A stretch of 64,000 bases of DNA, taken from positions 24,304,001 through 24,368,000 of the forward strand of contig CM060732.1 of assembly GCA_030704615.1 (NCBI GenBank). The letters run 5' to 3'. Each line of letters opens with the position of its first letter. The stretch's first letter is position 1. The DNA is from Takakia lepidozioides. Taxonomy: Eukaryota; Plantae; Bryophyta. The translations under genes and the position numbers were made by a program. Shown in pieces: positions 35,401 to 49,316 of this stretch. Under the pieces are notes generated by a model that did not search any database, was not told where the DNA came from, and worked only from the letters and a program-made list of their open reading frames with translations.

Positions 35401-37016
35401 GAGGAGTTGGGAAAACTATCTAGGTGATCTGCAACGCGAGGGCAAAGGACACGCTGGTCTCAAAATCACGATGTCGGAAGACTGGGCCTGCAAACTACCG
35501 CTCGCGAGACCGTCCACCAAGTCCACCGTCGTGGGCTTGTGACAACAGACCCGGACGTGAAATCGAAGAGCCCGCAGCAACAAGGCTCCAGAGCCTTCAA
35601 GCAGCAATGAGAGCCACGAGCCTACTATCCATTCGGTCGTTTGCCATAGGCCTGACTCTCGACGGACTGACAATGGTAAGTGGAGCCCGAACGCTTCCCA
35701 GGCCACCTGCCGATGATGAAGAAGACGAGCCTTGAACACCTCCGGTCTCAAGCACAGGGAGTTTCTGACAGCCACGACGGCTCGGGTCTGGCACAACGCA
35801 CTCTCTCTCCCAGAGCCAGAACTAGACCCAGGGCACACAAAAATCGCTTCATGATGACTGTTTAGACGTCGAGCGTCCTCGCGCACAGATGCTTCAAACA
35901 TTTCAAACCACTGCACATCCTCCGGAAGCAATTCCCCTAGAGACTCATCATACTCCTAAGAGCGTTCAATATCTCTCTCAAACTCTCTCTCTCGTTCTCT
36001 CGGACACTCGTAATCAGGACCTGGATCATAGAAATTGTCAAAATTATAGTACTCGGGATCGCAGCTATCTAAAGAGCTGGGTGACCTCGCATCTCTTGGT
36101 GATCAGATCTCATCCTCATTCACATCAACTTCACATCTAGGGTTATTTGAATTCAACTACACGACAATACCAGCATGACACTGGCGAGGCAACAATGCCA
36201 AGCAGCGCACGTCGAGAGGGGTTAGTGACAACAAGATTAGTTGTTAAAGCAGGGTCAGTCACAATTTCAAGAACCAAATCAACTTGCACCGACAAACTTT
36301 CTCCCTCTCTGCATGCTACACAGCTAGAACTACGCACCAAAGCCATCGTCCTACAGCACAGCACAACGAGCAGGGTGAGAAGGCAAATACGTAACAGCAG
36401 GAGAAAACATTGCAAGGTGGTTGGCCGCCATCAGACAAGACTGATTAGAGAGCAAAAGCAAAGATTAGCGCACAGATCCCTCAACAACCCAGCAAATGGT
36501 GTCAGGGCAGGCAGTGGATGCTAAAACACCTAAACGCTACCCGGCTTCTCTCCACCACAAAACGAGCCTGAAGCATATACTCCCTTCTTCTCAAGAAACG
36601 TGTTTGCACAACAAGGGGGACAAGCGAAAGAGCAGGCAATGCGCGAGAGGAGGATCAAGCGAGCGGATCTGACACACACAGGAGCTCTCATCCAAAGTTT
36701 GTACACCCAAATCACATATACACTAACACCTGAATCCGCCCTGACCTTGTGTCAGGGCGCCGTCTTTATACCAGAGCCCTAACCATAGTGGTCTGCCGCG
36801 TGGCAAGGCATCATAGGCCAAGGCCCACAGCGCCGCCTTTAAGCCCTAGATCTAATGAAGGGCCAGGATCAAGCCACCGGCCTAAACTAACCCTAACCTA
36901 GACATCATTGCAACGGATTAACGGCTTTATATGCCAAAAATTTATACTATGGATGTGTATCGCCGTTTTGGATGAAACGGGTTATTTCCAGGCGTAAGCA
37001 AGTATGGGGCTTTACA
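32420..37016 (-). mobile_element. Truncated LTR retrotransposon (Gag plus protease, no RT or integrase seen)
   Basis: Gag spread over 35159-33262 with knuckle CYICGSFEHWTRHC; protease VIDTGCT (33119-32865); putative LTR start TGTAAAGCCCC at 37016 and TATAAA at about 36765 on the minus strand. Confidence 0.75.
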
Positions 37017-37175
37017 ATACCAGTACCATACTGGTCTCAATAATTCAATTGTACCCCAATACATTTACCCTAGTGGGTATCAAAAAACCATGATACCAGT
37101 CCAACAGAGGTCTTGACCTAATCAGAGTTTATGTGCATATATAGTTGGAGGTAACTCTGGCGATGACCACCTTAA

Positions 37176-38191
37176 CCCCTAAAAGGCCCAAGCAGTTTTG
37201 AGCTTGCCTTTGCCTCACAAATACTTTTACATTTACTTGTTTACTGCAAAATCTCAATATATGATGGGCATGGTTTTTTTTTTTTTTTTTTTTTTCATTG
37301 TTTTTCTTTCAGGATGGATTGAGAGTTACTGAAAAATGGAAAAAATCAATTTTAGAGATTTTCAAAGTCGTGTGATGCAAAAAACGAGGGTTCCAAGGGC
37401 TACGGCCTGGGGGGTGAATTTTGTGATGGGCAGTCTTGTTGGGAAGAGAGGGCAAGTTGAGTAAAGTGGGTAAGCTTGACAGTGGAGAATCCTTAATTCT
37501 GATATGTTGTCCCGTATCCAATGGGCTACCCTTCTGAGCAAAGGGTGGGGATGGTAAGCCAGCATTTACTGCATCCACCCCCACCCACTTGTTGAGTCTA
37601 CTCTTACTTGATGCATGACTGGTCTGGAGGACTCTGACAGTAAGGCTGGTGGGTGCAATCAATCGAGAAATGCCACGTGGACGCCATGTCATTCCTAACT
37701 TTCTTTCTTGGCCTTGGTCAGTAGTTTAAAGCCTGCAATACGACCAAGAAAATGCGGTCGACCAATAAGATCGTTGCATTTGGAGTTGGTCTTGGTCTTG
37801 AACAGTAGTCTAAAGCGGGCCTCTATTATTACGTGGCAAGATAGTCTATCCAACCACCAACTCCACCGCACTCATCAACAACTGCGGTAGGCTATCCATA
37901 CTTACATCAAGTCTGGGTATTGTACACACATACTTACATTGCAAACATGTTGTACATCTGGTTTTACAAGTCATGGGCTACAAAGTCTACTCACTTGGCC
38001 TGAGTGCGGTGGTTTTTGTGCGTTTCCGCGTGATCAGGCAGGAACGGTCTTCAGCGGGTCCGACCGTCAACACATCTGGGCGGGCACGCATCTGCTGGAG
38101 CATATCCCTCCAGCGCGCTGCTATATAACCTGGAGGAACCACCGTGATCTTCCACACCGACAAGGCCACCCTCTCTCGCAACAAAAGCGCG
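37176..38191 (+). mobile_element. End of the same piggyBac-like element, copy B (probably continues past 38191)
   Basis: TTAA (37172-37175) then CCCCTAAAAGGCCCAAGC; about 1 kb match to 24470-25483 in opposite orientation. Confidence 0.6.
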
Positions 38192-40413
38192 CTTCCATCT
38201 AGAGGTCCTCCAACCGACGGTGAGCTGCCAACCGCCTTAATATGATATTACAGCTTCCAAATTGAAACCATGACTTTTAGTAGAGGATTCATCAACCTGA
38301 AAACATGTACAGATCAAACGTCAAGGATTCAAGCTTTGTTGTTGTTGTTGAGCTCATGACGTCTTGAGTTATCTGAAACGCCATTTCTTAGTCAACTGGC
38401 CGCTGAATGTAGCCTAGGACCCTTCAATCTATCTACCTCTGAGTTCTAACTTGCAATTGAAAAGTGTCACAACATGCACAGACAGGAATTGAAAGACCTT
38501 TGATGCCGACGCAAATGCGATTCTGAGTTTCTCTTTGATAGTGTATACTTCACTCGACGTTGCTCAATGTGGCCATGTGGCCAACTCCATCTCTGCTTTG
38601 TCTCTAATCTCTTGGTTTTTGACATGTATCCTTGACACAAAATCAAATGCGTTTTTACGCCAGACTAGTTATCAGCTAGACCTAAGCTGCCTGCATGCAG
38701 GGCTGACTATAAGGTAGATATGTTTATAGTTAGGATAGAAGGCATGGGCTGCACTAGCTAGCGTAAATAACTTGAGCCTGATGATGCAGGTCTCCTGTTG
38801 AGAACTTGAGACCTTTTGGGAGTTTCTAGACTTTCTATTTTATTGTCCTTCTGCAGTTTGAACTGAGAAGCTTCAAATATTATAAATTTGTTCATCAACT
38901 TCGTGTACATTTGTAACGTCATTTCTGTGTATCACGGGCATACTTGCAGTTTGTGGCCTTGTTTTTTCACCTTTGGGGGCAAACTAAACTGAGTAGGTCT
39001 TTCTAGTCTCCATACAAGAGAGAATAAAACCTTGGGCGAATCACGCCTGTAAGGTGATCTTGTCGATAAGGATCAGAGCTTAGCTGTTCACTTTCTGTAT
39101 GTTTCCTGGCATAATGATGACATCTCGCAGTCTCTGAGCTCTCTGCCGAGGTTCATGTAACATTATCCAGGGATGAATGCATATGGAACCATTCTAGTAA
39201 GAAACATGTCTAATCCTGGAGCGATCTGCTGTGTTTACAAGAAGAGCTAAAGTACTGGCCATCTTGCAAAACTTTTCGGCCTGGTTGCCGCAAACTGCAA
39301 ACTCCACAAAACCTGGGGAGGGTTAATTAGCTTCCATTCGCAGGGGGTCAAGCTTTATTGCCGTTTGAGATAAGTTGCGAACATCTGCATGAACATCATG
39401 TGTGCTTGCAATCTGCTTACCCATTATGGACTTGCTAAGGATGGCTGTTAGAAGAAAAAAAAATTCGGTGAAATTTTGGGGCAATCTCCCAGGGGATTTC
39501 TTCTTTTTGGGACGCATTTGATTTCAGGTTCTCAGCATTCAAATGATCCGCTGGGTTTCCTTTACCTTCTCAAACCCTCCTGGCACCTGCATTACGAGCT
39601 CCAGTCGACATAGATCATAATATGTTCCCCTTATGAAAATGATTCATACTCTCGGAATGAACTCAACATCTTTCCTTCCTGTGCTGAGATGGGAATGCGC
39701 GTTTGCTGTTCTTGGGTAGTGGCACCGGATTGACACAGCGTTGTTCCATCACCTCCTCTAGCTCAACCAACCACAACCACACGTGCAGTTGTCATACTTG
39801 TACAGTTTTCAGCGAGGGCAGTAGTTTTTCAGCACAACCAGAGAAGTCAGGATCCAGCCGACAATACTTCGCAGAGCACACGTTGTGAAAGAGCACATAC
39901 ATATCATCAACACTAGAGAGCTCACTGAATGCAGGCTCAATGGCACTAACTGACTGCCAATGCCGTCAAATGCAGGAAACAGATCCAACGTCGATACCAC
40001 AGTTTCCGGCAGGCTGTCTGACAGACAACTTCGGGTGCCAAATACATGTGGTTTTTGTATCCCCCGTCTTGATTCCCAAAGTCAGGAACCTGACTGCCTG
40101 GAAACAACCCACTGCAGCCTCATTACCACTACGCTTACTTTCACAGGCATCGAAAATCACTCCAAAGAGATTTTGTCCCTTAGATTTTGTCCCGCGGTTC
40201 GACCTTGCGACATCCAGTATTAACTTACCCCTCCTCTTGAACTCTATCCGACATAGTCTGTCAAGAGGAGTGCACTGCACATCCAGATTTGTCTATTTTA
40301 CATCCACATCAGTATATATCACATCGCATCCAAAAAGTATGTGGCGCTCTGTAATGGCATTTCGCCACGTCACCCAAGAGCTCTTCGGGACGAGTATGGC
40401 TATCTTTGAATCA

Positions 40414-41310
40414 TTTTTTTTATTTTTTTTTTAAAGAACAGGGGGTATCTCCCTGGAGATATATTAATAGGAAAAGGAGATACAAGAGGAAAAAATAACC
40501 TATGGGGCGTGAAGGCATGAGACAAGGGGAACATCCCGGAGACATATAGAGAGTTTGGAGGGAAAACGCTAAGACAGGCGACGCAGCGCCGAAGCTGAAG
40601 CAGGATAAGGGAATCAAACAGAGCCGAGATAGGGTACTGAGTGCCGGATAAGACCAAAAAGGGAACTGGCAGAATACGGGAGCTTGCACAGAGAGCCAAG
40701 CAACCTGCTAAAGCAACCAGCAAAAACTACCAATCCAGCCCAAGGATCTTCAAACACCACCAATCAAAGAACGACGACTGGTGAGACCACCACTGGAGTC
40801 CCAGAAATGAGGGCACCAAAGTAGAGGAGTTGTAAGAAACCTGAGATAAGGGGCCGGTCCCACTTGTAAACCCAAACACAAAATTATAGGCGCATTTCTG
40901 AGATCACTGGAACATCTGGCAAGGATGAGAGCTTTTAGCAGGCATCCGCAATGAAGTCCAAAGACGTCTTAGCTCTTGGAATCCTGAGCTTGCGGTGCCT
41001 CCAGTTGACTTCCGCATCTTCAGAGCCCAACGGGAATTTGCCATTGATCGGGGAGGACGTAGTGCCAGGTAATGGATGATTCTGAAACCTTGGTGCAGAG
41101 GATATGATCCTTCCCCCAGGAGAGATCAAAGGAAGCGAAGAGCTCTTGTTGCCTCGTCTCGCTGCATCTGTTACATGTTGCAAGCAAAGACCCCCACGCC
41201 TTGTATCCCTCAGTCATCATATCCGCAAATATCTTATGAAGCAACGATCTGATGCTGGGGTAGCGCCCCTCAAACAAAAAAGAGCATCTGGACTTCCATA
41301 GAGCCCACAA
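40414..41310 (-). mobile_element. 5'-truncated L1-like LINE 3' end with poly(A) tail
   Basis: LWALWKSRCSFLFEG (L1 ORF2 C-terminal motif), 3' UTR, and a T-run at 40414-40432 on the plus strand. Confidence 0.7.
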
Positions 41311-41830
41311 CGTATGAGCCCGTCGTCAACCCAGATCAATGAATGAAGATGATTGTGGCTTCACGTTGGTCAATTTCAATCAAATGCTACCACATTCTGA
41401 ACAGCCTTTTGTATTGCCAATACAGGTTGATCAAGTCTTTTTCTCTGAGTGTGTGAAGGAACGACAACGGAAAGTTGTATTGGAGAAGAGCCCCCGATCC
41501 CGGAGAGTGGTGTATGATATCTCAATTTCTATTGATGATCTGACAAGAGTTGAAGGCTTGTTAGCTCCACAACAACTACAAGAGACATTGACTACTGGCC
41601 GAACTCACAACCGAATTCAGACAGGGACACCAGAGCAGCTGGCCTCATTGTACCGACCCCCATACCGATGACGCGAGGTACAACCCCCAGTTGACCAGCA
41701 AGTCTATCACGAAGACACAGATACCTCCACCAACGTTGAGGCTATGGTCAGTGATAATGACACAGATACCTCCATATTCACAAACACGGATTCAGTCGAT
41801 GACAATTAGATATGCTACCCTTGTGCATGT
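41310..41830 (+). pseudogene. CACTA transposase C-terminal (DUF4216-like) remnant
   Basis: DDCGFTLVNFNQMLPHSEQPFVLPIQVDQVFF, homologous to 14970-15420. Confidence 0.85.
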
Positions 41831-44458
41831 ATTACCTGTCATTCCAAATAAATGTATTCTTCTGTCCCCATGTAGTCACATTTTTTTGGGTACCAATTGT
41901 CAATGAACATTGATATTCAAACATGCTCACAATTCCTCCATGCTATAAGCTGTTGTGATCAAGCACTAGTGGATTGGCCACTAGTAGGGCCATTTATTCA
42001 TATCCAGATTATAAAACATTGGCACCCAGAAGTTGGGAAGTGACCCAGTCTGGCACTTCACCATTCTACACTTCCAATATCTTCCAATGTGCAACTATTA
42101 GCACTGATTTCATCGTTGGCAACCTGCAGTAATATCCCTATATCAAAAAAATCCCATACCCACATCCTTGGGCCTTTGTCTAGCTTCAACTACAACAACA
42201 TATTGTCACATTTGGCATACATCTACGCCAGGGCAATATCTAGAATGATATTGGTACAATTCACGTTTTGATTCTGTCAATTCTTTGCCCCTTTGTAGAG
42301 TTGTAGACGGGGTGGCATGCATAGTGTCAACCATTAATGCACCCCATTAACAGTTGCAAACTTAATTTAGGGTTCGTGTTTAGACAGAGCTAGGTTAGGT
42401 CCCGAAGGCGCCGCCTAGCCCCAATGGTGCTGCTAATGTGGATTATAATTTCTCTATGTCATAAGTGTTTCGCGTTTGTAATCTGTAACCAACAGTTAGT
42501 ACTAACTCATTGACGTATTTACGAAAACAATAATCCAGGAATAAGCAATGCGAATGTATAACTACCCTTGGTATAATGGTTATGGTTATTTTAGAGGAGA
42601 GATATCTAGTGTAAATATTAGTTATTCAGTAAACAACAACAAATTAATTTCAATTAACCAACTTTAGTATTTCTTTTCTTTTTGAATAACTTTATGTATA
42701 TGTTCAAAAGAGAGATACTGATTTATTTAGTTCTTAATAGTGCTCATTAATCTAGGTGAGTCAAGAATAATTAATTAGATCATTTTGAGGGAAAGATCAG
42801 CCCAACAAACAATATTACTATAACCAAAATAAAAGAAGAGAGTCAAAACTAACTATAGGAAATAGTGTGGTGGCTATTGGGATTTTGAAGTTAGTAATTT
42901 AAGCAATAAGATTGGCTGTGTTGGGCCAACAAAGAAAACAACTAAATCACATCCTAGTATGATTTTCTAGTTGAAAATCGATAGGGCGGTATTCTGATGA
43001 TTAGCCGCCTTCAAGTTAAGTACCCCAGGATCGTTACATGGAAAAGATAGAAGAAAACAAAGCAGGGAAGAAAGAAGAAAAAAAAAACAACCAACCAAAA
43101 CGAGACAATTCTTTACAACGATTTGGCGGTAGCTTAGGAGTGCTAGATTTCCAAGGTCGTTTCCCCTAGCTCGGCGTAAATCTAGTATTGTCTAGGATAC
43201 CTGAAATTCAGACTCAAGTCTGTCTCTATAGAACTCCAAGTAGGTATAGAGGGTAATCTTATACAAAATAATCAACTACTCGAGGTAGATTTTCTTCACA
43301 CGGTGCTCACCCGAGCACTAGTCCCAAGTTGATGTCGCTGATGGTGCAAGTTTGATGAATTCTGCTCACGGACTGATATGAATTGTTATGGTACAAACGA
43401 TCTATCAGATTATAAGAGGGTATGTACACGAATACTCAAAGGAAATCTAGACAATAACAAGCTTCTCTACTTCAATCATGCAATTCTCGGCATACCACAC
43501 GACTCACATCCACTAACACGGCACCTTGATTCCAACGGCGTGCGGCTGTAATATTTAATCAAAAACCAGTTCACTATACACCGTTCCTCTTCACTACAAC
43601 ATCTAGCCTACACTAAAACGAAGAAAGAGAGCGAGAAGAAAGAGAGCGAGGAGAAAGAGAGCAAAGAGAAAGAGCGGGAGTGAGAGAAAATAAGAACTTG
43701 ATTGTCTGTTCTCTCTTTCGCCGGCTGATTTATATCAGTCCGTCGCCCTACATCCGTCACTTGTTTTGACCACTTTCATCCATCCATTTCTCCAAAAAAT
43801 ATTAAATTACTACTGGTGCATTTAAGCACCGACACCTAGTTAAAGTTTTTAATTAATTTTCCCTGGAGTGTTCATTAATATAAGATATAATCTTTTTTTT
43901 AAATCCTTCAGATCTGCGCCCTCCACCTGAACGGTCCAGATCGAACCATGTATTTTTTCCTCCATCCATTGTCATCCGTCCAGAGATCCAGCCTGTAATC
44001 CATCCATCCATGGTTCCATCCACTGATTTCATCCATTTTCATTCTTCCTCATAATTTTCATCTATCTGTAACTTTCATCCATCCAGGGACATGACCAATT
44101 TAAGACCAACTTAAATTGATACATGAACCGTTTTAAATCCTCATGAATGTTGCTCCTCATCCATGTCATTCATCCATTTGGGAAGTGGGGATCGCTACCC
44201 TTGATCAACCAATATCCAGCGGTTCACATTTATCCTTGTTTTCCCATTAGATCCATTTCCCGTACTATGTTGAGATCGGGGAGAGGTTCCTATGCTTGAA
44301 GTAGCATTGTTTTGAGAGTCGTCTGCTGGTGAGATCCTCCAGCAAGATAAGCATATTTTCCTGCATTTGCTAACTTACAAAGACATCGATCCTAAATCAT
44401 TCTTGGGCATTGAAGACTATTCGTTGAGACTAAATCATACCTCCATACCATGTAGCCT

Positions 44459-45005
44459 CTAAGGTACTGTCCGCAAACCAAATTGATCCCCAACAATTCT
44501 AACCCTCCGAATTGTACCATACCCTCCCTGTTCGGGCGCGTCAAGTTGTTGTACCTGTGCGTTTGTGGATATGTATCTCACGTTCAATGCCACATCCGCG
44601 GACGAGGACCCTGCCTTCCATGGCTGAGTTCCTGTAACTGTCAACTCCTTGTTGAAAACTTCCAAGGTATAATCCACAGGGCAATCTGGCAGCCATCGCC
44701 AACGCGTACTGACGGAATCAAACGCCCACCACCTCCATGCACTTATGAGAGGCTGTACAGTGTGTGCAGGCCCAGCCAACATGTAAACCCATTCCTCCTT
44801 GATCTCTACCCGTTTTGCGAATCTCAAAGACGTCGTTGCGGCCTTCGTCATTAACCACCGCTAGCACATTCTGCCATTTCTTACAACCATCTGTCAACGG
44901 TAAATAATAAGAGCGAGGCACCCGTGCAATGCATTCTAGTGTCACATGGTCTGTCAATCCCAGAATCAAGGAGTTGTCCTTTGACTGGTCCTCCGTCTCT
45001 GCCAT
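44459..45005 (-). pseudogene. F-box/kelch-repeat gene fragment fused to a kinase-like fragment
   Basis: LILGLTDHVTLECIARVP (F-box); EEWVYML...WWAFDSVSTRWRWLP (kelch entry); then EQGGYGTIRRV (kinase Gly-loop-like). Confidence 0.7.
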
Positions 45006-46418
45006 TGCTAGAATTCCATTTTATTTATGATTTCTTAATATGATTTCATACTAAACTTCATAAATATATACTAATATACATCAAATGTGCTATTCTAAAT
45101 TATGATCCGAAAAAAGTGATCAACACATAGCAATATCTTGCAAACCTGGCCCTGTGCATCTTCATCCCTTCTACCACTCTGAATCGCTCGCATCTGTTGT
45201 CGCCATTGAGTGGTCAGATTGTTGAGAAACCTATAAGACCATCCCAGTGGAACATCAGTTGGCTTGCTCCCCACCCCCTCTCTAGCTTGCAATTGAATCA
45301 TAATCTTATCTTGTTTTTTTCTCTCATCTCCAGGAAAATGACCCGCTATTACGTTGTTGTACTGCAATTCTGCCAAAATCTTACAATGTCAGGCTATGGC
45401 TGTCATCGCAGCCTCCACACCAATGTATGGATGTGTCATTCATGAGCAACACTACCCCAAGTCTGCCTTCACCCTGCCCTAACCACAAAATGAAATTAAG
45501 GAATTCCAGTCAACTGTGACCAACATGGGAGGTTTTTGGTGGTTCAAAGCTATTTCATGAGTAAAATACTTACACCACTTGGTTGTGGTGGAAGACCTAC
45601 AATTATACCACATCCTACACATCGCTTACTTGTGGTGGCAATCTTGCAATCCAATATCCACAAACAGGCAGATTTCGTCTTGACCAAGCTGTGATGGCAA
45701 GCCTATGGCATCTCAGGAAAAGCAAAGCATTAGAGATGTGAGTTCAAACAGTCGTGCAATCAGTTTTCAGCCCACTGAGCTAGTGAGGAAGTGCCCAGTA
45801 TACGACTTCTGTGTCACACATTAGTGAAAAAATAAACCAACACCAACTTTCACATCCCTCATCCCATTAGAGCTTGCCAACTTCACTGCCTCCCTGGAAT
45901 CCCCCCCCCCCCCCGTGAAAAAGCAAGTATAAAGCAAATTCCCAAAGACATGTTTACCAGTGATATATGTCTCGCTGGTAGTCGTTGAGAAACAAGGCTC
46001 TTAAGCTTTGCCCACAAACTCAACATCAAATACGAGTGTTGAATTGGGGGGTATGACACACAACCCTGCAATCCAACAACTTCTCACGGTTTAGAAAAGA
46101 TCTTTCAAAAATGAAGAGAATGAAGAGAATGAAAGGGAAGTATGTGGTTCAGGGCTGGATTAAATGGGACAGCTTGGCATCAGATGGGCCTTGGGTTGCT
46201 GCCTACAGTGAAACATAGAATATGGCATGCTACTGGAGGCATATCAATCGCTGAGGCTATGTGCTTCCCCAGCCACAGCTTAGCAGAAAAAAGAGGTTGC
46301 ATCAACAACGAGAGTGAATCTTGGAAGACAACATCATTCTCAACCCCTTTGTTCCGAGCAAAATTTACTCAAAATGTAGAGCAGACACTTCTGTGACCTG
46401 TTTGTAGGGTTCTAAGAT

Positions 46419-46510
46419 GACAGGCATTTGTACCTCATCGACAACCAGCTCCCCTTTCACCATAGCCAAGTTGTGGAGGGATTATCAATGTTCGCTTTCC
46501 ACCTGCATGC
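46419..46510 (-). pseudogene. FKBP-type PPIase fragment
   Basis: AGGKRTLIIPPQLGYGERGAGC, typical of plastid FKBPs. Confidence 0.75.
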
Positions 46511-47024
46511 CAAATCTCACATCCGTTTACAACTTACATCCTCCTGACCCAAAAAGCTGCAGCAAATACATGTTCCTGTAGCCCATTCATATCATTTAAT
46601 CAGATAGGTGTGTGGAACTGCTTCTGTAAAGTTGGGCTCAATTACATATCCTGCAGCCTTCGAGTCGCTTCAGCAGAAGTAGCATCATGCAGGTACAATG
46701 CCTTTAAGAGTGTCATGTCCAGCCAACTCCCATGAGAACTGGTCAATAGATGTTCATCTACAGCATCCCTCTTTCCCTCTGCATTTGTGCACATGCACAT
46801 TTAAACAACAACAGAAATGACATTAATTGCAAAAAGGGCTAGGTGAAGCCAAACGAACCTGCTAGCATTGGGGGTATGCCGTCAGCACACCACAATGCCG
46901 GATTTATTTGTCGGTATTTGAACCAGGTAGGAAGATTGCCAACCATGTCTCCAGTTTGTAATAATCAGCCTCCAGGTGGCAGGCGCTTGTCAAAGGCAAA
47001 ATTTTCCTTCAATGATATCTTTTG

Positions 47025-47270
47025 CTGCTCGTGTACAGTAGCAAAGCCTACCTTCTTATCCGAGTCCTTTGGCAGTCCCAATGCTTCATCTTCATCCTCA
47101 AAATTAGGCTTCTCTATGATATCCAAATTTTTGGGTCTTCATCAAGTTCGGCATCCTCTGACCCATAATAAATTGAGCACAAAAGATTTCTTCATTTTCT
47201 TGTCATACTCGTCAGGATCAAAAACTTCCTCCAAATCCTCCTTGTCCACAACTGACAGCCCTCTAGAGCT
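47025..47270 (-). pseudogene. KRI1-like (40S biogenesis) gene fragment
   Basis: EDLEEVFDPDEYDKKMKKSF ... IEKPNFEDEDEALGLPKD. Confidence 0.65.
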
Positions 47271-47524
47271 GGCACCAGCAACCATCCATATTTTCATCTA
47301 GGCCATCATCATTGCCAAAGTAAATTTGCCCCTACCTCTCTTGACATAAGATGCCTCTATTCTCACTGTGGAATTAGACCGGGAGAATCATGCACTGATA
47401 TGAGCAGACTCTTACATGGCAAAAACCCTCGACAAACGGGGAGAGAGGAGAAGAGAATGGAGGTACCGTCGCCCTCGGCAGTTGGTGGTTTTTTGGGGAA
47501 ATGACATAGTGAATGCCTATAATT

Positions 47525-47790
47525 ACTTGTAGGGCCTCCCTCCTATGACAACCATGCTGGGCATATCCTGCAATCATTGCGTTCCAAGACACCACATCTT
47601 GTTCGGCCATATCATCGAACACTCCCTTCTCATCCTTGATGATACCACATTCAAAATACATGTCCACCCAGGTAGAGTTTAGAACAAATACCTCTCGTAC
47701 TATTCCCATTTTGAGGATGTCCAATTTCAGGGCTAATAAGCTCGCACATTCATTGCAAACGCAACCAATTGTGACCTTGTCCGGCTTCAG
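47525..47790 (-). pseudogene. PLS-class PPR fragment
   Basis: KPDKVT..CASL..VFVLNSTWVDMYFECG..VFDDMAEQDVVSWNAMIAGYAQHG..EAL. Confidence 0.85.
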
Positions 47791-48099
47791 CATCACTAAA
47801 AGAACTCGTTGTATAGTCGAATACCAATGTCATGAAGGGGGGAATGTATCAAATTGTACACTTGAAGACTGCAAATAGGGACAACGATTACAAGTCAATT
47901 CGAAGTCTGCAAACTGCATGACTCAATGAAGTATGCTACTTACTACTTCGTGATATTTGCCCACGCCACTACATAGTGAAACTGCAAACTGCTTCGAGCT
48001 CCAGGTCCTTTTGCCAATATAAAATGGACACATGTTCACATATGACAAGTGCTTTGTTAAAGATAGATGGATGAGGTCATCCAATGGATGAACCCATTC

Positions 48100-48484
48100 A
48101 TGTATATGCCTTAAGATGCCACGTGTAGTGATGTAATCATAAAAACAGAGATGTGAAACCTCCAGTAGTCATGTAGTCATAAGCTTATATGGCATGTCAT
48201 CAATGTGTAGTAGTGGTGTAGTCATTTAGTCATAAGCTTATGTGGCACGTGTCTAACGTGTAGTATTGCGTATGACTACTAGTTATATAAACCAGGCCTA
48301 TGTTCTTGGTCAACAATGTTTGACCGCGGCTCCTAGTCATGTAGTAGAACGTATGACTACATTAGATTAAAATATATTAAAATTCACCCAACAATGGGTT
48401 TCATCACTTCGTAGTCACATATATAGTCATGATTACCAAGGTTTATATCACCCGTAGTCATAAAAACATTAATCTGTAGTAGTG
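48100..48484 (+). mobile_element. CACTA right end (subterminal repeats plus TIR)
   Basis: Repeated GTAGTCAT motifs and GGTCAACAATGTTTGACC, similar to 17720-18038; ends ...TCTGTAGTAGTG. Confidence 0.8.
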
Positions 48485-49250
48485 ATATCACTTTGTTCAG
48501 CTGGCCTTTTTTTGAAGCAGAACTGTTGCCCCCCAGAACTCCAAGACCTCCACGCTATGCATGCTAGGAATCTGGTCATGAAAGTATAGGAGAAGGGCCT
48601 AAGTGTAGGGCCTTCCGCCATCAGTTTGTTTCCTTGTTTCCACTGGCATAATGGTTTTGTGGGTTGCTTGTGGAGGGGGCTGTCTGGTTTATTTCCTTTC
48701 ACTTTTCCGCAGTCCCTTGTCATCCCATAAGCTCCATCATTACAGTTTTTGGCTGCTAAGGGTTGTTTTTGGGCTGCTTGTGGAGGGGGCCCAGCACCTC
48801 TGTTTACCAACTTCAAACCATGGGATTTTTCCTGCGATTGATCAATGCGCCATATGTTCTAAGCATCGTGTAGGGATTTAGAGAAATCTATAAGACGTTT
48901 TCAAATGAACAGTCAAGACGGTCCAAATCATCAGAAAGTCCTTATTGGGAGGTCATAGTAATTACAGGGGAAGAAGTCTGGATTATGTTTCCTTTTGTAT
49001 GAAGGCAGCCACTGAATATTGAATTTTGTAAGTTAACTCGTTGGGTGGATATTAGGCCTTGCAGACTTGTGGACTTAGATTCAGATCCTTGAAATCTCTT
49101 CTACCCTCTTCCTCCATGACTTAGTCTGTTTGACATGGCAGTCCTGCTTCCAAGATATAGAGTCGATTAACTTAGGATATCTGGTATTAGTCATACGTTG
49201 CAGCTGACCCCATGATCTGACCTCGACTTCATCGCGTCGGGAGCTTAAGG

Positions 49251-49252
<2 letters not shown>

Positions 49253-49287
<35 letters not shown>
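49253..49287. repeat. (GA)n microsatellite
   Basis: About 17 GA units. Confidence 0.95.
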
Positions 49288-49293
<6 letters not shown>

Positions 49294-49316
49294 CTCTCCT
49301 GATACCTTTTCGAAAA

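Noticed and set aside
37089-37098. tRNA-Met primer binding site (TGGTATCA on minus) for the 32420-37016 element
   Set aside because: Only 8 nt match, and it lies outside the putative LTR start rather than just inside a 5' LTR.
24470-38191. 1-kb inverted repeats (24470-25483 and 37176-38191) as TIRs of one 13.7-kb element
   Set aside because: The TTAA/CCC termini face inward, and the outer homology break coincides with the retro copy 2 end. These are two independent copies of one element end.
38200-40400. Cys-containing minus-strand ORF pieces as the transposase of the TTAA-ended element
   Set aside because: No DDD/DDE or other family motifs could be recognised.
42400-44450. AT-rich ORF-free region with ATCC-rich repeats as a possible LTR or ncRNA
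   Set aside because: No boundaries, partner copy or recognisable structure could be defined.
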